DNA from: an uncultured Actinomycetes bacterium
Lineage (GTDB): Bacteria; Actinomycetota; Thermoleophilia; UBA2241
Assembly: GCA_963725665.1 (NCBI GenBank)
Contig: CAVRZA010000011.1
Location: 320,001 to 384,000, forward strand
Reading direction: 5' to 3'
Length of the DNA: 64,000 nucleotides
Below are positions 60,152 to 64,000 of this stretch, piece by piece. The translations under genes and the position numbers were made by a program. Each line of letters opens with the position of its first letter. Positions within the stretch are counted from its first letter, which is position 1. The notes under the pieces are model-generated. The model searched no databases and was not told the DNA's origin. It was given only the letters and a program-made list of their open reading frames with translations.

Positions 60152-60589
60152 CGCGACTGAGCATACCCGGCTGCCACGCAAGCGAAAGAGACCGCGGCGG
60201 CGATGGGGTATTCACGACGTGTTGGGTCACAGGAAACAGACGGGGGCAGGCACTTCCAAGGCTGTTCAAACCGGCTACCGACGGGACTCCCGGTCAGCGG
60301 GCGGCGGACGTCACGAGCGTCGCCCGGCCCGGAGCAGCGGCAGCCATGGTCCGACCAGCAAGGCTGGCTGCTCACCGGGCACCGAGGAGGTCTCGATGCC
60401 CGCGGCGGCACATAGTGCACACAGGTTAAGGAAACACACGGCAGGCGTGACTGCCTATCGCCGGCGATGCGCGATTGTGCTGCACAGTCCAAGGTTCTGC
60501 GCGGGCTCTGCGCTCGGCCGTGCTCAGGCGTGATGGGCCGTGACCCAGCGTCTCGTCGGCAATCCGTCGGCAGACACCTCGCGCGCGTT

Positions 60590-63500
60590 CTAGTGGACGC
60601 CTCTCCTCGACGCCATCAGCCGCTCGGCCTCGGCAAGCGCTGGTTTGGCGCCCAGACGCTCGAAGATCTCTCGCGCCTGCTCGAGTACAGGCGCCGCCTC
60701 GGCAGCTCTGCCAAGCGCCACCAGGCAGCGGCCCTGACCGAGCAGCGCGTGCGCCTCCTCGTAGGGCAGCTCGAACTCGTGCCAGCGGGCGGCGGTGTCG
60801 GCGAAGCCGACCGTCGCCGCCTCGTGCTCGCCGCGCGCCTCAGTTGCGAACGCTTGGGCGGTGGCGACGGCGTGCCGGGTGATGGGCTGCAGCGGCTCAT
60901 CGATGCTCTCGGCCAGCCTCTGTACGAGCGCACCGTCACCCGCCGCCGCTGCCGTCCGCACCGCCAAGGGTAGCGCGCCGCACCACCAGAACCCCCCTGG
61001 CCTCCGATAGGCTGCGTCGGCTAGGACGAGAAGCTCCAGCGCGCCATCGCGCTCTCCCGCCGCCAACCGTGCCGCTGCCGCCGCAGTGGCACACGCAGCG
61101 GCCATGTGCCCCGACTCGCGATGGGCGTCTCTTGCGACCAACGAAGCCAGCTGCTCGGCCTCGGCCGCGCGGCCACGCTGCACGAGGACCTGCAGGTGGG
61201 TAAATCGTACAACGGCAAGCATCCAGATGGATGATGCCGCCTCGAGCAGGGGTTCCACGGCGAGAGCCTCGCTGAGTACCGCGTCCCACTCGCCCAACGG
61301 CTCCCAGGACGAGAGGAGCAAACCGCGCAGCTGCAGCTCCGTATCAACGTCGCCGCGACGCCGCGCATACTCGAGCCCCTCCCGGAGGGTCTCCAGCGTA
61401 GACCGAAAGCCTTCGCACATGTAGACCTCGGCGCCCACGGCCCAATAGACGGTGCCAGCCTCCTCCCACGCACCCTTGATGCGAACCATCTCTAGAGCGA
61501 GTCTCAGGTCGTCGAGGCCGCCCGCATCACCCATGTCACAGCGCGCGCAGCCGCGATAGGCGATGGCCCGAGGATCCGGAGGCAGGCCGAGCCGCTCGGC
61601 GACGGCGACGGCACGCTCCGCTGTGCCGAGCGTGACCCGCGGGTCCGCCTGGCCCCAAGTGCTGCCCACCAGGTCGTTCAACGCAACGAGAAGCTCTGGT
61701 GAGGGTCCCTCCGCCTCGAGTGACGCAACCGCTTCGGTCTGCAGCCGATGCCAACGCTCCGCGTCGACGTCGGCGAGCGCATACCCGAGCTCCATCTGTG
61801 CGAGCGCAGCTGCGCGGGTCTCACCAGCAGCTCGCAGCCCGCGGATCGCCTCCTCCAGAGCAGCCAGAGCTTCCATGGGCCGCCCACGCTGGATGACCGC
61901 CTTCCCCCATCGCACGAGGAGGACGGGCCTCTCGGGGCCGTCCGCGCCGGCCAGTTGCAGAGCGCGAGCGTACTGGCTCTCGGCCGCCGCGACGTCCAAC
62001 GCCCGGTCTCCGGCGAGCGTCAGGAGGCGGACGGCGGGCCTGAGGACGGAGTCGGCGAGCTCATCATCGCCGGCGGCGCGGGCCAGATCGTGCGCCGTCC
62101 CGTAATGGTGGGCGAGTATCTCGGCGAGATCCTCGGCGCGCTCTCCGGCCTTGCCCTCGATCCACGCCGCCGCGGCGGCATGCTTCCTGGCACGCACGAC
62201 GCGTGGCAGCTGGCCGTACGCGACGTCGCGGGCGAGAGCGTGCCCGAAGGCGAACTCGCTCTCGCCCTGCATCGACGACTCCCGGACGCGATGCACCAGC
62301 TGCTTGGCAATCAGGTCGCGCAACGCCTCATCGACCTCACCCGGCTCACTTTCGCCCAGGGCGGCCACGGCGCCGCTCCAGAAGACGCTCCCGATGACGG
62401 CCGCATCGGCGATGACGGCCTTGTGCTGCGGCGGGAGCGTGTCGAGACGCGCCGCGATGACGGCCTGGACCGAGCCCGGCATCGGCGCCGTCTCCCCCTC
62501 CCGTGAGCGCCGTTCTGCACCCACGCTGTCGAGCAGGTGCGACGCCTCGGCGACCGCCCGGTCCCTGAGCAGGCGCACCGACTCCTCGGCGTAGAAGGGG
62601 TTGCCCTCCGAGCGCGCCACGACCGTGTCCCGCACCTCGCCGGGGATGCGTGCCGTCTCGAGCAGACCCGCGACCAGGCGCTCCGTCTCGGCAGAAGAGA
62701 GAGGCTCGAGGGCGATGCGGTTCACGCGGCCGATCGCGGCTGCGAACGACGGCTGTCTCTCGAAGAGCTCGGGTCGCGCCGTGGCGATGACGAGCAAGGG
62801 GACCTCCGCAACGTTGCCCGCGACGTACTCGATGAAGGCCAGCAGGGCCTCGTCGGCCCAGTGCAGGTCCTCGATCGCGACGATCGCCGGGCCGGCCGCG
62901 GCCAGCTCCTCGAGCAGCCTCAGCCAGGCGGTGGAGTTCTCCTCACGGCTCGCCGCCGGCGCCTCGAGGCCGAGCAGGGCGCGCAGACGGTTGCGCAGCC
63001 ACTCACGGTCCGGCCCCTCGGGCACGATGGCGCCCAGCTTGGCCTCCACCGTCGCGAGGTCGTCGGTCTCGAGGATGCCGGCCTGCGCCTTGAAGACCTC
63101 GCCCAGGGCCCAATAGGTCACGCCCTCGCCGTAGGGCAGGCAGCGGCCTTGGCACCAGGTTACCCTGTCGCCGCGCGACTGCACATGACCGAAGAGCTCG
63201 GCCACGAGGCGCGACTTGCCGATGCCCGGCTCGCCGACGATGAGGGCGACCTGAGGCGACGACGAGCCGGCCGCCTTCTCGAAGAGCGCCTCAAGGAAGG
63301 AGAGCTCGGTCTCGCGGCCGACCAGGGGCGTCAGGTATGTGCGTTCCGGTCGGCCGCCTGTGTGCCGGCGGGGGGCCTTGGCGAGCCACACAGGGAGAGC
63401 GGGCGCGACGCCGGCCGGTGCGGCCGTCTCGAGCGCCTCGTACTGGAAGGACTCCGCGGTGAGCTCGTGGGTCGACTCACTCACGACGACGCCGGTGGCC

Positions 63501-63830
63501 GGTGCCAGCGACTGCAGGCGAGCCGCCACGGTCAGCACGTCGCCGGTAAGGAGACCCTCGCCGGAGGCGGGCTCGATGTCCAGGCTCACGAGCGCCTCGC
63601 CACTATGCACGCCGACACGAACGTCGCTCGCGCCTCCTGCCGGCCCGGCGAACGCGCCGGCCTGCTCTACGAGCCTTAGGCCGGCGCGCACGGCCCGCTC
63701 GGCGTCGTCCTCGTGCAGGGCGGGCACCCCAAACACCGCCGTCACGGCATCCCCCACGAACTTCTGAACCACCCCTCCATGAGTCTCGACGACGTGGCGC
63801 GCCGCGGCATCGAATGCGCGCAGAGCGCAT
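60590..63830 (-). pseudogene. Class III cyclase-like + AAA_16 (STAND) ATPase + TPR protein, 5'-truncated
   Basis: GGVVQKFVGDAVTAVFG, HEDDAERAVRA, RVGVHSGE, LVGRETEL, GEPGIGKSRL, EDLHWAD, SEGNPFY. The cyclase beta1 strand with the first Asp and a credible start are absent. Confidence 0.78.
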
Positions 63831-64000
63831 AACCACTTGTGACGCTGCGCACCTGTCGCAGCTGTAGCGTGCCGCACTCACCAAACCTCAGCGGCTACGG
63901 GCGCTCTGCCGCAGGTCTTCAAAACCCGTGCGAGCCTTGGAAGGCGATAGCTAGCTGGTCTCCTCTGCGCCCAGCCGACTGGGAACCGACGGGCTTCCCG

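Noticed and set aside
63890-64000. tRNA-Sec gene
   Set aside because: Only an anticodon-arm-like 13-mer is present; no T-arm GGTTCGA or acceptor stem.

Overview
High-GC bacterial chromosome segment. It is probably actinobacterial, possibly Thermoleophilia-like; this is inferred from composition, several apparently leaderless TANNNT promoters, an MMPL transporter and a GTTTCACGTGAAAC parS site. From left to right it contains: (1) a giant >1900-aa c-di-GMP protein missed by the ORF track because it runs off the window (HTH-7xGAF-HD-GYP-Cache-like-GGEEF-degenerate HD-GYP); (2) Mrp/ApbC and a Spy/ZraP-like secreted protein; (3) a partial lysine/beta-lysine fermentation operon (YheO regulator-kamB-kamD-kamE-atypical thiolase-kdd); (4) radical SAM-OmpR response regulator-kinase-HtrA; (5) IMPase-amrS-rsbW-rsmG-parA-parB; (6) a cobalamin-riboswitch operon combining an ECF transporter, two DUF4430 proteins, an anchored prenyltransferase-repeat barrel protein and an ExbB-like/DUF2149 pair; (7) a surface-glycosylation cluster interrupted by gnd-pgl-rpiA; (8) ku-ligD; (9) MMPL, MFS and ABC exporters; (10) a 5'-truncated cyclase-STAND gene. 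Three, possibly four, single-base frameshifts in otherwise intact genes suggest assembly indels. No rRNA, complete tRNA, CRISPR array or transposase was seen. All family assignments come from motif recognition, not database searches.
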